Shown piece by piece: positions 9,567 to 19,623 of a DNA stretch of 64,000 nt. Origin of the DNA: a bacterium (lineage in GTDB: Bacteria; Patescibacteriota; Gracilibacteria; UBA4473); NCBI GenBank assembly GCA_009995455.1, contig JAACPJ010000005.1:8048-72047 (forward strand), read 5' to 3'. The first letter of the stretch is position 1. Each line of letters begins with the position of its first letter. Under the pieces are notes generated by a model, which was given only the letters and a program-made list of their open reading frames with translations, made no database searches and was not told where the DNA came from. Position numbers and translations under genes: made by a program.

Positions 9567-10529
9567 ATGCGAAACCTTATTCTTGGTCTCGGGTTTCTGC
9601 TAATGACTTTTTTAAGTGTTGATAGTGTGATGGCTCAATCGGCAGTAACGCCAGATACAAACGCTATTTTTACGACGAATGTTATTTTTAATAAAGATAC
9701 ATTAAGTGATTACACAGGGGTGGAAGATTATGTAAATCCAAATCCAAACAGTGATATCAATCCTGGAACCTTTTTTATGCGTAATATTTTGGTCGTGGCT
9801 ATTCGATTTTTCGATAAGTTACTGGTTCCAATTGCTATATTACTGCTTACTTGGGCGGCAGTGATTATTGTGGTGAGACGGAATGATGAAGAACAATTTA
9901 AAAAAAGATCCTTACAGCTTGTGTGGATGGCGGTTGGTTTTGGGTTGGTAACGGCTTCATTTACCGTGGTTGATAAAATGTTTTTTGGGACGACTGGAGA
10001 AATTTTAAGAAATGATAGTTCTACAAATTTTGGATTGCTGGCTCGATTAGAAATGAATGGCTTGGCTGAATTTATTATGGCTTTCGCCATGGCGATTGGC
10101 GTGCTTTTTGTCATTATCAGTGCTGTAAGACTTATGTTTGCAGGTGAAAATGAAGAACAAATTGATAAAATTAAGCGTCATTTAACCTGGTCTGCGATAG
10201 CCATGCTTCTGCTTTTGATGAGTTATACAATCGTAAACCTGTTCTTCAATTTTGATGAACAAGGACGACTGAAAGGTTTAGATACGGTTGGTATATCAAC
10301 TGAACTTATTACGCTCTCGAATTTCTTCCTAGGCTTTGTGAGCTTCTTTGCGGTGATTGTGCTTATTTACGCTGGTATTCGAATGGTGGCTAATTTTGGT
10401 GATGAAGACGCTGTTAATGGAGCAAAAGACACGGCTAAATATGCCGTAATTGGTTTAGTACTCGCTTTTTCAGCCTTCACGATTATTCGTTTCTTTTTGT
10501 TGCCAGGAGGCGGTGTTTCGGGGGTTTAG
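9567..10529 (+). CDS. Protein with three tandem VirB2/TrbC-like (T4SS_pilin) domains
   Basis: Signal peptide plus three hairpins, e.g. [32 protein letters not shown]. Confidence 0.72.
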
Positions 10530-10640
10530 ATTTAAAGCGAGAGTTCAGGCAAAATTCGTGACTTTTTAGGGTTCATCTTTTAAAGTGGTGAGGAATATTT
10601 AGAGGAGATTTTTTAAGGCTCCACCCACACCCCATCACCG

Positions 10641-11711
10641 ATGTCTGAGTACCAAAAGTTCACGAGCTTGCTGGAAGATTGGTTTGCGCTTTACGGGCGA
10701 AATTTCCCATGGCGCGAAAATCGTGATCCTTATTATGTTTGGATTTCAGAAATTATGTCGCAGCAAACTCAAATTGATCGAGTGGCCGACAAATTTTTTC
10801 CTCGTTTTATTAAAACATTTCCTACCCTTCAAGACTTAGCGGCGGCTGAGTGGGAAGCAGTTTTCCCCGTCTGGGAAGGACTTGGCTATTACAATCGAGG
10901 AAAAAATTTACTAAAGGCCGCTAAAATAATCGTGGATAAACATGATGGTAAAGTGCCACAAACAGTGGCTCAATTAGAAGCTTTGCCAGGAGTAGGAAAA
11001 TATACCGCTCATGCGATTATGGCTTTTGCTTTTAATGAAAAAGTGCCCGCCATTGATACCAATATTAGTAAAATTATTACCATTTTATGGCCCGGCAAAG
11101 ATACGGTTAAAGTAGCCCAATCTTTAGTCGAGGCGGCGGATTCTGGATATGTTTGGAATAGTGCCATGATGGATTTGGCTTCAAAGTTAAGAGCGGATCA
11201 AATTATTGAAGGGGAATTAGGCCAAACCTATTTTGCAGAAGAAGCGATTCGAGAGTCTTTTAAACCCAAAAGAAAAAAAACACTGGTTAAAAAGAAAACG
11301 GAAAAGCAGAAGAAGAGAAAACATCGTATAGAAGTCGGGATTGCTTGTATCTGGCGTGATGGAAAATATTTGATTCAAGCGCGACCGAAAGGGAAAAGCT
11401 TTGAAGGCGCGTGGGAATTTCCGGGTGGAAAACGAGAAAAAGGTGAAAATTTTAGAGAATGTGTAAAACGTGAAATTCAAGAAGAAGTGGGTATTAATGT
11501 TTCGGTTAGGCCTCATTTTTACGAAGAGTTACATGAGTTTGATAGAACTGAGTTATTGCTGCGGTTCCACCGTTGCCAAATTCAAGCCGGTGAGCCAAAG
11601 GCGCTTGAGGAACAAGAAATTAAGTGGGTCGCTCCGGCTGATTTTGGTGAAATTGATTTTTTGAAAACGAATCATAAAGCGCTCGAGAAATTAAAAGGAA
11701 TGAGACTGTAA
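10641..11711 (+). CDS. mutY: A/G-specific adenine glycosylase (no Fe-S motif) fused to a Nudix hydrolase domain
   Basis: PWR, VWISEIMSQQTQ, WEGLGYYNR, HhH LPGVGKYTA, AIDTN; C-terminal GGKREKGENFRECVKREIQEEVG. Confidence 0.85.
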   Translation: MSEYQKFTSLLEDWFALYGRNFPWRENRDPYYVWISEIMSQQTQIDRVADKFFPRFIKTFPTLQDLAAAEWEAVFPVWEGLGYYNRGKNLLKAAKIIVDKHDGKVPQTVAQLEALPGVGKYTAHAIMAFAFNEKVPAIDTNISKIITILWPGKDTVKVAQSLVEAADSGYVWNSAMMDLASKLRADQIIEGELGQTYFAEEAIRESFKPKRKKTLVKKKTEKQKKRKHRIEVGIACIWRDGKYLIQARPKGKSFEGAWEFPGGKREKGENFRECVKREIQEEVGINVSVRPHFYEELHEFDRTELLLRFHRCQIQAGEPKALEEQEIKWVAPADFGEIDFLKTNHKALEKLKGMRL

Positions 11712-11767
11712 ATTCTTGTAGGGTTTATTACTTGCATACAAAGGCACCAGCACCATAATTCAAAGAC

Positions 11768-12910
11768 ATGAAAAACTTAATTTTTGCTCAGAGAACTGAT
11801 GAAAGCGCCTACAAAAGTAGTTGGCTAGAATTATTTTTTGATTTGGTGTTTGTGGCTATGGTGGCGCAACTAACGTACCATTTTAGCTATAATCATTATA
11901 CGTTTGTTGATTTTGTTCAATTAGGCCTCGTTGGGTATATGATTTTTTTAGCTTGGATGGGGACTACGGCGAATCGCAATTTACGACAGGAAGAAGATTT
12001 AATTGATATTATCGGTGTTCAGTGCCAGATGGCGCTCATTTTAGTGATGAGTTTGACTCTGCCACAAGCTTTTGCCGAGTATAAGTGGCTGTTTTTTGGC
12101 GCCATGGGACTTAATGGTTTTGTCGGTTTGTTTTTAATGAAAAGACTGTACCGCATGAATCCAAAGCAAAAACCGAATACACTTAATATTTGGTGGGGCT
12201 TGTTTGCGGCCTCGTTTTTATGGGGCCTAACGGGGTTTATGGAAGGTGTTTATTTGTATATCGTCGCTTTGATGGCCTTACTAACCCATATTGCGGCTCC
12301 AATGACCACCGGCAAGGGTAATGTTATGACGATGCTTGATATGGATCATCTCCTCGAGCGCCTCGGTTTGTTTTTATTACTTGTTATGGGTGAAGCCGTT
12401 TTAGTGGTCGCTTTAATTAATAGTGCCGCTGGTGAATTTACCATCGAACAATTTATTATTGTAATGTCTGGTTTCATGTTGATGGTAGCCCTTTGGTGGT
12501 GGTATTTCCCCTACATTCACAATCATGCTCAAGGTAAAAGAGCGCCTTGGTTTCAGTTAATGTTGCACGCTCATGGCTTTTTGTACGGCAGTTTGATTTT
12601 AATTGCAGGGGGTTTAAAAGACTTACTAAATAACCCTTACCAACCCTTAACGAGTGCTTGGATTTATATCACAGGGGTGATTATAATGGTGGTAACTTTT
12701 AACATTATTAGAGGCACCTTGACCCATCATCCCTGGGACTCTTTAAAGTCTATTTTCGGTTTTACTTTTGGTTTGTGCGGCATTGTTTTGACAGGGGTAG
12801 GCCTTGATTTATCGGTCTATTATTTAGTTTCTGCGGTGAGCGCTTGGATGCTGTTTTATGTAGCCATTGATTATCGTCGACATTTTGGCAGTAGTTGCGT
12901 CATTCACTAA
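11768..12910 (+). CDS. Low temperature requirement protein A (LtrA) family membrane protein
   Basis: WLELFFDLVFV and HLLERLGLFLLLVMGE signatures, LWWWYF. Confidence 0.88.
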   Translation: MKNLIFAQRTDESAYKSSWLELFFDLVFVAMVAQLTYHFSYNHYTFVDFVQLGLVGYMIFLAWMGTTANRNLRQEEDLIDIIGVQCQMALILVMSLTLPQAFAEYKWLFFGAMGLNGFVGLFLMKRLYRMNPKQKPNTLNIWWGLFAASFLWGLTGFMEGVYLYIVALMALLTHIAAPMTTGKGNVMTMLDMDHLLERLGLFLLLVMGEAVLVVALINSAAGEFTIEQFIIVMSGFMLMVALWWWYFPYIHNHAQGKRAPWFQLMLHAHGFLYGSLILIAGGLKDLLNNPYQPLTSAWIYITGVIIMVVTFNIIRGTLTHHPWDSLKSIFGFTFGLCGIVLTGVGLDLSVYYLVSAVSAWMLFYVAIDYRRHFGSSCVIH

Positions 12911-13039
12911 AGCCAAAAATTGAATTTTTTTATAAGATGAGAGGATATTATGAAATATTTTTTCCAATTTGGTTTTAGGGTTTGGGTACCAATAGTAACA
13001 AAGACGTGTGCATAGAAACTTGATGAGTGTAAAATTTTC

Positions 13040-14053
13040 CTAAAAAAAGATTCGTACAAACACCCACCACAAGGCTAAGGCTGATATGATGACGGCAAAA
13101 AATGGAACGAAATAGCGATCGAGTTTGAAGTGTTTTAAAGCCCATAAAAATGGGACAAATAAGGCTAGAACTACTAATTGCCCAATTTCTACTCCCACAT
13201 TAAAGAAAAGTAACGAAGGTAGTAATCGACTGGCTTCAGGAGCGACTTCGGCAAACACACCAGCAAAGCCGAGGCCGTGAAATAAACCAAACAAAAATAT
13301 GACGCCGAGTCGGGCGTGAGCTTGAGCAAACCAGGGATACTTTTTGCTGAGAAAAACGGTAGTAAAGGCCATATACGCAATTGAGGCGGCAATAATTGGC
13401 TCAACAATACTCCCAGAGATCGTCAGAATGTTTGTGCCTCCTAAAATTAAAGTTACCGAGTGAGCGAGGGTAAAAGCTGTTACCATCCCAATAATTTTTC
13501 GCCATGGAGGTAAAAGCAAAACTAAACTCATCACAAATAAAATATGATCGAGCCCGATCAAAATATGTTCGATGCCTAGTACAATGTAGTTTTTGGCAAA
13601 TTGTAACCAGTTTAGATCGTTTTGGGTTTTGTAGGCTTCGTCAAAGGTGTCGCCAATTTGGTTCAGCAACACGAGGTCGTTTAGCGAGAACGGACTTTCA
13701 TCAAAGCCATCGCCATCAACAAGCGTTTTAATTTTTTCAGCCCAATCAGTGTCTGCTAAAGAAGGTTGAGATTCTATGAAAGTTAGAATTTCAGGTTCGT
13801 TAGCGTCGGGATTATCTATTAAAAATTGAATTAGTTCCGGTGGCATATTAAAAGCTTGAGCATTGTCATCGGCCGTCCAGACTTCAGAGGTTTCATTTAA
13901 ACCAGACTCATCTAAAAAAGCCTGCATTTCTTCGTCACTTGCATCTGGGTTACTGGCCATAAAGGCGAGTAACTCTGGAGGAATACTGTGCGCATAACCA
14001 CTTCCGGAGAGTAACGAAAAACCAAGAGTTAGAGCGATGATTAATTTTTTCAT
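13040..14053 (-). CDS. HupE/UreJ family membrane protein with acidic N-terminal domain
   Basis: GIEHILIGLDHILF, TAFTLAHSVTL, FGLFHGLGFA, FNVGVEIGQL. Confidence 0.88.
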   Translation of the reverse strand: MKKLIIALTLGFSLLSGSGYAHSIPPELLAFMASNPDASDEEMQAFLDESGLNETSEVWTADDNAQAFNMPPELIQFLIDNPDANEPEILTFIESQPSLADTDWAEKIKTLVDGDGFDESPFSLNDLVLLNQIGDTFDEAYKTQNDLNWLQFAKNYIVLGIEHILIGLDHILFVMSLVLLLPPWRKIIGMVTAFTLAHSVTLILGGTNILTISGSIVEPIIAASIAYMAFTTVFLSKKYPWFAQAHARLGVIFLFGLFHGLGFAGVFAEVAPEASRLLPSLLFFNVGVEIGQLVVLALFVPFLWALKHFKLDRYFVPFFAVIISALALWWVFVRIFF

Positions 14054-14152
14054 TTTTGATATAAACCTAAAGCAATTTATATAACTTTTAAAATTTAAAT
14101 AAAAATTTAGAGTAACAGCGACTACTAAAACTCTTTTCTAGAATCTTTATAT

Positions 14153-14629
14153 ATGCATAAATTGCCTTACTTGCCAGCAGGAAGAGAGATTTTTTATGTG
14201 GATATTGACCACGATTTTATGCAGTTGGCCTTTAACGTCGCTAGGAAAGGTTCTCTTGATACCTTGCATCCAACGGGGGCTGTTTTAGTAAAAGATGGAG
14301 TGCCGATTGGGGCTGGAGCCAATGGTTCTAGTTTTCATACGCGCCTAGGTTGCGTTAGAAAACTTTTGAGGGTTCCAACGGGTAAATTTTATTCGCTTTG
14401 TAGTGGGTGTTCGCCAAAAAATCATGCAGAACAAAAAGCGATTAAAGACGCGTTAAAAAGAAAAAAGGATCCAAAAGGCGCTGATTTATATCTATGGGGA
14501 CATTGGTGGTGTTGTCAGTCTTGTTGGCAAGCCATGATTGATGCTGGAATTAGGGATGTTTACTTGCCTAAAGGGGCGTGGGATAAATTTGCAAAAGGGA
14601 GAATAGAAACCCCCCTTAAAGGTTTTTAA
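14153..14629 (+). CDS. Cytidine/dCMP deaminase family protein
   Basis: TGAVLVKDG, HAEQ and CCQSC zinc motifs. Confidence 0.8.
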   Translation: MHKLPYLPAGREIFYVDIDHDFMQLAFNVARKGSLDTLHPTGAVLVKDGVPIGAGANGSSFHTRLGCVRKLLRVPTGKFYSLCSGCSPKNHAEQKAIKDALKRKKDPKGADLYLWGHWWCCQSCWQAMIDAGIRDVYLPKGAWDKFAKGRIETPLKGF

Positions 14630-15050
14630 AAAATGTTAGGGCCAAAATTAGGGCGATAATTGTCCAGAGAATGAATGTTATTCGACCGACTTTCCACGGG
14701 TTGCCTAAGATTATTTTTGCCATCCTGTAGCATAGACTACGGTGCCTGGTGATCCATTTATAAATTCGTTCGCTTAAGGTTGAAAATCCAGGTAAATGCT
14801 GGTAGAGCCACCAGCCGCGGTTGTTATCTCCATAACTTAAGGCTTTAAAGGCCGCAGCACTACCTCGATAGATTTCGATTTCATTCACCACCAAATGAAT
14901 ACTTTTAGCACAGTCTATTTCGCTGATTCCAAACGTATTTGTTTGATAATCAATAAAGCTAATTTGCTTTTCTGTGACTTTCTTAAAGTAATCAACGCAA
15001 TACTGGCAAAATTCACAATCTCCATCGTATATTAAGCTTGGTTTTTGCAT
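14616..15050 (-). CDS. DCC1/DUF393 thiol-disulfide oxidoreductase-like protein
   Basis: IYDGDCEFC N-terminal motif and YKWITRHR. Confidence 0.82.
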   Translation of the reverse strand: MQKPSLIYDGDCEFCQYCVDYFKKVTEKQISFIDYQTNTFGISEIDCAKSIHLVVNEIEIYRGSAAAFKALSYGDNNRGWWLYQHLPGFSTLSERIYKWITRHRSLCYRMAKIILGNPWKVGRITFILWTIIALILALTFFKNL

Positions 15051-15182
15051 GTTTTTATTTTAGCTATACTTTTTTTGAAAAACACTTTTATTGATTTTCT
15101 AAAGTAGAGGATAATTTTTATCTATTTGACGAGTCTTTAAAGACTCTTAAATTGTATTCGATATAATTATCGTAAAAATAAA

Positions 15183-16214
15183 ATGAAATCGCCTACTGTT
15201 AAAATCTTCGCAATTTTTTGTTTAGGAGTTTTTCTTGGCATTGGTACTGCCTGGGCGTTAAGCGAAATAATTGATTTGAGAAATATCAAAAACTCAGAAA
15301 GAAGTTTTACTTTAGCGGCTCAATATACAAATCCATATTTGGAGTGTCCTGGCTTTAGTGGAAACGATATAAAGCTAGAGTCGGCTCGAGAAGAAATTTT
15401 AGATTTGATTGACGAAAGAGAAGAAAATGATGATAGCTTAGAAATTTCAGTTTATGCTCGTGATTTAAACAACGGTCCTTGGATGGGAATTAACGAAAAG
15501 CATACCTATGTTTCTGCGAGTTTAATGAAAGTGCCCGTTATGATGATTCTTTTAAAACAAGTTGAGGATGGGCGATTGAATCTTCAAGATAAATTAATTT
15601 ATGAGCCGGAAAAATTAGATCCAACTAGAGAGGTGAATAATGATGCCGTGGAAGCAGTGGCTTTAATGACACCGGGAGAAAGTTATTCAGTAATTGATCT
15701 AATGACGCGTATGATTGTTTACTCAAGCAACGAAGCTTTTTTTACTTTACTCACCATTACAGATATTGATGATCGTAATTCTTTTGAGAAAGCGGTAGGG
15801 GTAAATTGGAATGAACCTGAATACCCTGCTATGGTGAGTGTTAAAAACTACAGTGGGTTTTTCCGAGTGCTTTATAATGCGACTTATTTGAACCGTGAAA
15901 TGTCTGAGTTTGCCCTAAGTATCTTAGCGCAAACGCGTTTTGATTTTGGAGTCAGAGCTGGTACTCCGGAAGGGACGATCGTGGCCAATAAATATGGTAA
16001 CCAAGAACAGTATCAGCCAAATGACAAAGTGCTTGAAAGTCGTAATGAGCTTTATTTAAGTCGTAAAACTAAGTTTTTGCACGATTGCGGAATTGTTTAT
16101 CACCCCCTAGGTCCCTACGCCTTGTGTGTTATGACAAGTTCAGCCGAGAAAAGTAATATCGCCTTAAGCGAAATTATTGCTGATATTTCTGCGATTGTTT
16201 ACAAAAATCGTTAA
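15183..16214 (+). CDS. Class A beta-lactamase-like serine hydrolase
   Basis: SxxK (SLMK), MIVYSSN, ANKYG, HDCGIV; N-terminal membrane anchor. Confidence 0.8.
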   Translation: MKSPTVKIFAIFCLGVFLGIGTAWALSEIIDLRNIKNSERSFTLAAQYTNPYLECPGFSGNDIKLESAREEILDLIDEREENDDSLEISVYARDLNNGPWMGINEKHTYVSASLMKVPVMMILLKQVEDGRLNLQDKLIYEPEKLDPTREVNNDAVEAVALMTPGESYSVIDLMTRMIVYSSNEAFFTLLTITDIDDRNSFEKAVGVNWNEPEYPAMVSVKNYSGFFRVLYNATYLNREMSEFALSILAQTRFDFGVRAGTPEGTIVANKYGNQEQYQPNDKVLESRNELYLSRKTKFLHDCGIVYHPLGPYALCVMTSSAEKSNIALSEIIADISAIVYKNR

Positions 16215-16246
16215 ACCTTAATTTGAGAACGGCTTTTAATTACTTT

Positions 16247-18148
16247 ATGATGCCTAAAATGAACGGGCAAGAAAACAAAAATAAAGAATGGCTGCAAACC
16301 AATAATATTGGAGGTTTTAGTAGTGGGGTTGTGAGCGGGGCTCCGAACCGTCGTTATCATGGTTTGCTGTGCGCGAGTTTAAATCCGCCAACAGAGCGGC
16401 ACTTGCTAGTTTCACATTTAATTGAAACCGTTTTAATTGATGATAAATCATATGCTTTATCAACCGAGAATTATTTAAATCATCGTTCAGAGCCCGAAAT
16501 AGAAACTCGTTTTAAGCAGGCCCCTTACGCTCACTGGGACTACTCCCTAAAAGGAGGCCGTTTGGCCAAATCGATTATTATGATTCCGGATGAAAATACT
16601 ACGCTCGTGCGCTATGAGAATACGGGTAACTTACCATTAACTTTGTTTTTAAAACCTTTGCTAGCCTTACGTAATTACCATTCATTAAGAACCGAAACGG
16701 CCTCGGTTGAAGTTAAAATTGAGGGCAATACGGTTTGGGTTCAGGGTTGGGGTGAACCGAAAGTTTATTTATCGAGTAATGTCGCTAATTGGCAGAAAAC
16801 TGAAGACTGGTATCATCAGCTTTATTACCAGCAAGAGGCGGAGCGCGGTTTTGACTCGGTTGAAAAAAATTTTTCTCCCGCGGAACTTGAGGCCACCCTG
16901 CAGCCACAGAAATCGCTGGTGCTTAAGTTTAGCACGCAAGAGGGGCCCTTAAGTGAAAAGCCTTTTATTGCGGCCGATAAGGCCTACTTACCAACGAATG
17001 AAAAAGATCATTTTAAACTTGATATTGCCCGTGCGGCCAAGCAGTTTTTGGTGCACCGGGAATCAAGCAATACGCCCTCAATTTTAGCCGGTTATCCTTG
17101 GTTTACTGATTGGGGGCGAGACACTTTGATTGCTTTGCGTGATTTTCAAGATTTTATGCATCCATCTGAGGCCCAACAAATTATTAAAACTTTTTTGCAG
17201 TATGAAAAGAATGGTTTAATTCCAAATCGTTTTCCGGACGATGCGCACGATGAGATTGAATATAACACCGCAGACGCAACGCTTTGGCTGTTTTTGGCTT
17301 TATGGGAGTTGCAACAAAAACACCGAGACGACGACTTTTTAAAAGAGATTTTTCCAAAGTTAACGAATATTATTAAGTCCCATATTGTTGGCACTGATTT
17401 TGGAATTAAGGTGCATAATTCTGGTTTGCTGATGGCCGGAGAAGCGCCATGGCAACTGACCTGGATGGACGCAAAAATTGGCGATCAAATCTTTACGCCA
17501 AGACGTGGTTGTGCCGTGGAAATTAATGCGCTTTGGTACAATGCTTTAAAAATTTATCAGGCTTTTCAAAAATCTCTGAAAAACAATACCTTAGATATTT
17601 CGGCCTACATTAAGGCTTTTGAAAATCGTTTTACTTTAAATTTTTGGAATCCTAAAACTTTGGGACTTTATGACGTGATAGATGAACAGAATATTCCAGA
17701 TGAATCTATTCGACCTAATCAGGTGTATGCGCTTAGCTTGCCCTTCACTATTTTGCCAAAAGCGAAGCAAAAACTCGTTTTGCAACAAATTAGCGAAAAG
17801 TTATATACCCCTTTAGGATTGAGAACCCTGGATGTTAATGACCCGGCATTTGAGGGTTTTTATGAAGGCGATGCTTGGGCCCGTGACAAAGCCTATCATC
17901 AGGGCACGGTTTGGCCGTTTTTACTTCGAGAATACTATGTAGCCTACGAAAAAATTTATGGACGAAGTAAAACAAAGGGGGCGATAAATAAAGATTTAGA
18001 AAAACTTAAACATCACTTTTATAACGATGCTGGCATTGGCAGTGTTTCAGAAGTATTTGACGGCCTTAGCCCTGAATCAGGAAAGGGCTGCCCACAACAA
18101 GCATGGAGTGTCGCTGCCCTGTGGAAACTCGTAAAAATGGCAGACTAA
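16247..18148 (+). CDS. Glycogen debranching enzyme (amylo-alpha-1,6-glucosidase)
   Basis: EWLQTNNIGGF, RRYHGLL, AGYPWFTDWGRDT, LTWMDAK, RPNQ, YHQGTVWP, QAWSVA; exact start uncertain. Confidence 0.92.
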   Translation: MMPKMNGQENKNKEWLQTNNIGGFSSGVVSGAPNRRYHGLLCASLNPPTERHLLVSHLIETVLIDDKSYALSTENYLNHRSEPEIETRFKQAPYAHWDYSLKGGRLAKSIIMIPDENTTLVRYENTGNLPLTLFLKPLLALRNYHSLRTETASVEVKIEGNTVWVQGWGEPKVYLSSNVANWQKTEDWYHQLYYQQEAERGFDSVEKNFSPAELEATLQPQKSLVLKFSTQEGPLSEKPFIAADKAYLPTNEKDHFKLDIARAAKQFLVHRESSNTPSILAGYPWFTDWGRDTLIALRDFQDFMHPSEAQQIIKTFLQYEKNGLIPNRFPDDAHDEIEYNTADATLWLFLALWELQQKHRDDDFLKEIFPKLTNIIKSHIVGTDFGIKVHNSGLLMAGEAPWQLTWMDAKIGDQIFTPRRGCAVEINALWYNALKIYQAFQKSLKNNTLDISAYIKAFENRFTLNFWNPKTLGLYDVIDEQNIPDESIRPNQVYALSLPFTILPKAKQKLVLQQISEKLYTPLGLRTLDVNDPAFEGFYEGDAWARDKAYHQGTVWPFLLREYYVAYEKIYGRSKTKGAINKDLEKLKHHFYNDAGIGSVSEVFDGLSPESGKGCPQQAWSVAALWKLVKMAD

Positions 18149-18156
18149 AAGCTGTT

Positions 18157-19602
18157 TTATAGAGGAGATAGAGTCTGCCCATCTGCTTCGTCTTTCACAA
18201 TCCAGCCATGCTCTTTAATTTCATCTCTTAGTTTATCGGCCTCGGCCCAGTCTTTATTTAATCTGGCCTCTGATCTTTTTTGCAATAATATTTCAACTTC
18301 TTCCGAAAGGTTGTTTTCTTCGAAACTTAAGACAGCAAAGATTTCATTAAAATCTTGTTCTAAGAATTCTACCATCAAAAGGGCTTCGTCGGCCGAAAGG
18401 GCTTTTGAATCCCGTAATTTTAAGCCTTGAGCCACTAAGTCAAAAACAGCGGCTAAGGCCTCGGCGACATTTAGATCATCTGTTAAGGCGGTGGTGTAAT
18501 TTTTCCGCGCTTGATCTACCAAATCAGAATTTCTATCTTTTCCAAAATCGGGTTCTGCGTCACACAGCGTTTCAAATAAACGATGCGCTTCTTGAATTCT
18601 GGCAATAGAATTCCTCGCTTGAACTAAGCTGTCTTCGGTGAAATTTAAAGCCGTACGGTAATGAGCCGCCAATAAGGCATAGCGAATTTCAGCCCCCGTA
18701 TATCCTTTAGCCAGTAAGTCACGAATGGTGAAAAAATTGCCTTTTGATTTGCTCATTTTTTGTCCATCAACCAATAAATGTTTGGCATGCAACCAAACAG
18801 GAATGCGGTAGCTATGGCTGCACTCGTTTTGTGCGATTTCACATTCATGGTGTGGGAAAGCATTATCTTCACCACCAGTATGAATATCGGTGTGTGGTAG
18901 TAGGGCTTGGCTCATGGCACTGCACTCAATATGCCATCCCGGGAACCCTTTTCCCCAAGGTGATTCCCACTGCATTAGATGTTTTTCATCGGCGTTTTTC
19001 CACAGGGCAAAATCAAGTGGGTCCTCCTTTTCATCGTTTATTTCTACTCTGGCGCCGGCTTTTAAATCTTCAAGTTTATTTTTTGAAAGCTGTCCGTAGT
19101 CTTTAAATTTAGCAGTTCTAAAATAAACCGAACCATTGGCTTCGTACGCATAACCTTTATGAATTAAAGTTTCGGTCATAGCTATTTGCTCGGCGATAAA
19201 GTCTGTGGCTTTTGGCCGATGATCTGGAGTTTCAATTCTTAGTTCTTGTTCGTCTTCAACAAAAGCCTGCGTGTAAAAATCAGCTATATCCCAAGCGGTT
19301 TTCCCTTCGGCTTTGGCTTTTTTAGCGACTTTATCATCGCCGTCTGCGTCTGCTAAATCGTCATTAGTTAAATGGCCTACATCGGTTATATTTTGTACTT
19401 TTGTAACGCTGTAGCCCGCATATTGCAACATTCTGGTAAGAAGATCCGCCATTAAAAAAGATCGGAAATTTCCGATGTGCGCAAAATCGTAAACCGTTGG
19501 GCCACAACAATACAGATTTACCTGGCCTGGGGTTTTCAGTTGAGGATCTAAAGCTTCCTTTTTACCACTGAGTGAATTGTGAAGTTGTACGGGTTTTATC
19601 AT
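18157..19602 (-). CDS. cysS: Cysteine--tRNA ligase
   Basis: CGPTVY..HIGN, PGWHIECSAM, FPHHECE, KMSKS. Confidence 0.97.
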   Translation of the reverse strand: MIKPVQLHNSLSGKKEALDPQLKTPGQVNLYCCGPTVYDFAHIGNFRSFLMADLLTRMLQYAGYSVTKVQNITDVGHLTNDDLADADGDDKVAKKAKAEGKTAWDIADFYTQAFVEDEQELRIETPDHRPKATDFIAEQIAMTETLIHKGYAYEANGSVYFRTAKFKDYGQLSKNKLEDLKAGARVEINDEKEDPLDFALWKNADEKHLMQWESPWGKGFPGWHIECSAMSQALLPHTDIHTGGEDNAFPHHECEIAQNECSHSYRIPVWLHAKHLLVDGQKMSKSKGNFFTIRDLLAKGYTGAEIRYALLAAHYRTALNFTEDSLVQARNSIARIQEAHRLFETLCDAEPDFGKDRNSDLVDQARKNYTTALTDDLNVAEALAAVFDLVAQGLKLRDSKALSADEALLMVEFLEQDFNEIFAVLSFEENNLSEEVEILLQKRSEARLNKDWAEADKLRDEIKEHGWIVKDEADGQTLSPL

Positions 19603-19623
19603 CGAAAATCAGCATATAGATTT

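Noticed and set aside
10585-10640. Possible stem (ggtga/tcacc, ggag/ctcc) upstream of mutY
   Set aside because: Short stems compatible with chance; no known motif.
12950-13015. 21-codon ORF (MKYFFQFGFRVWVPIVTKTCA) with a purine-rich upstream sequence
   Set aside because: Too short to support without conservation or expression data.
15183-16214. Antibiotic-resistance beta-lactamase
   Set aside because: SSN and KYG variants and a membrane anchor fit the broad beta-lactamase-like serine hydrolase family; resistance cannot be inferred.
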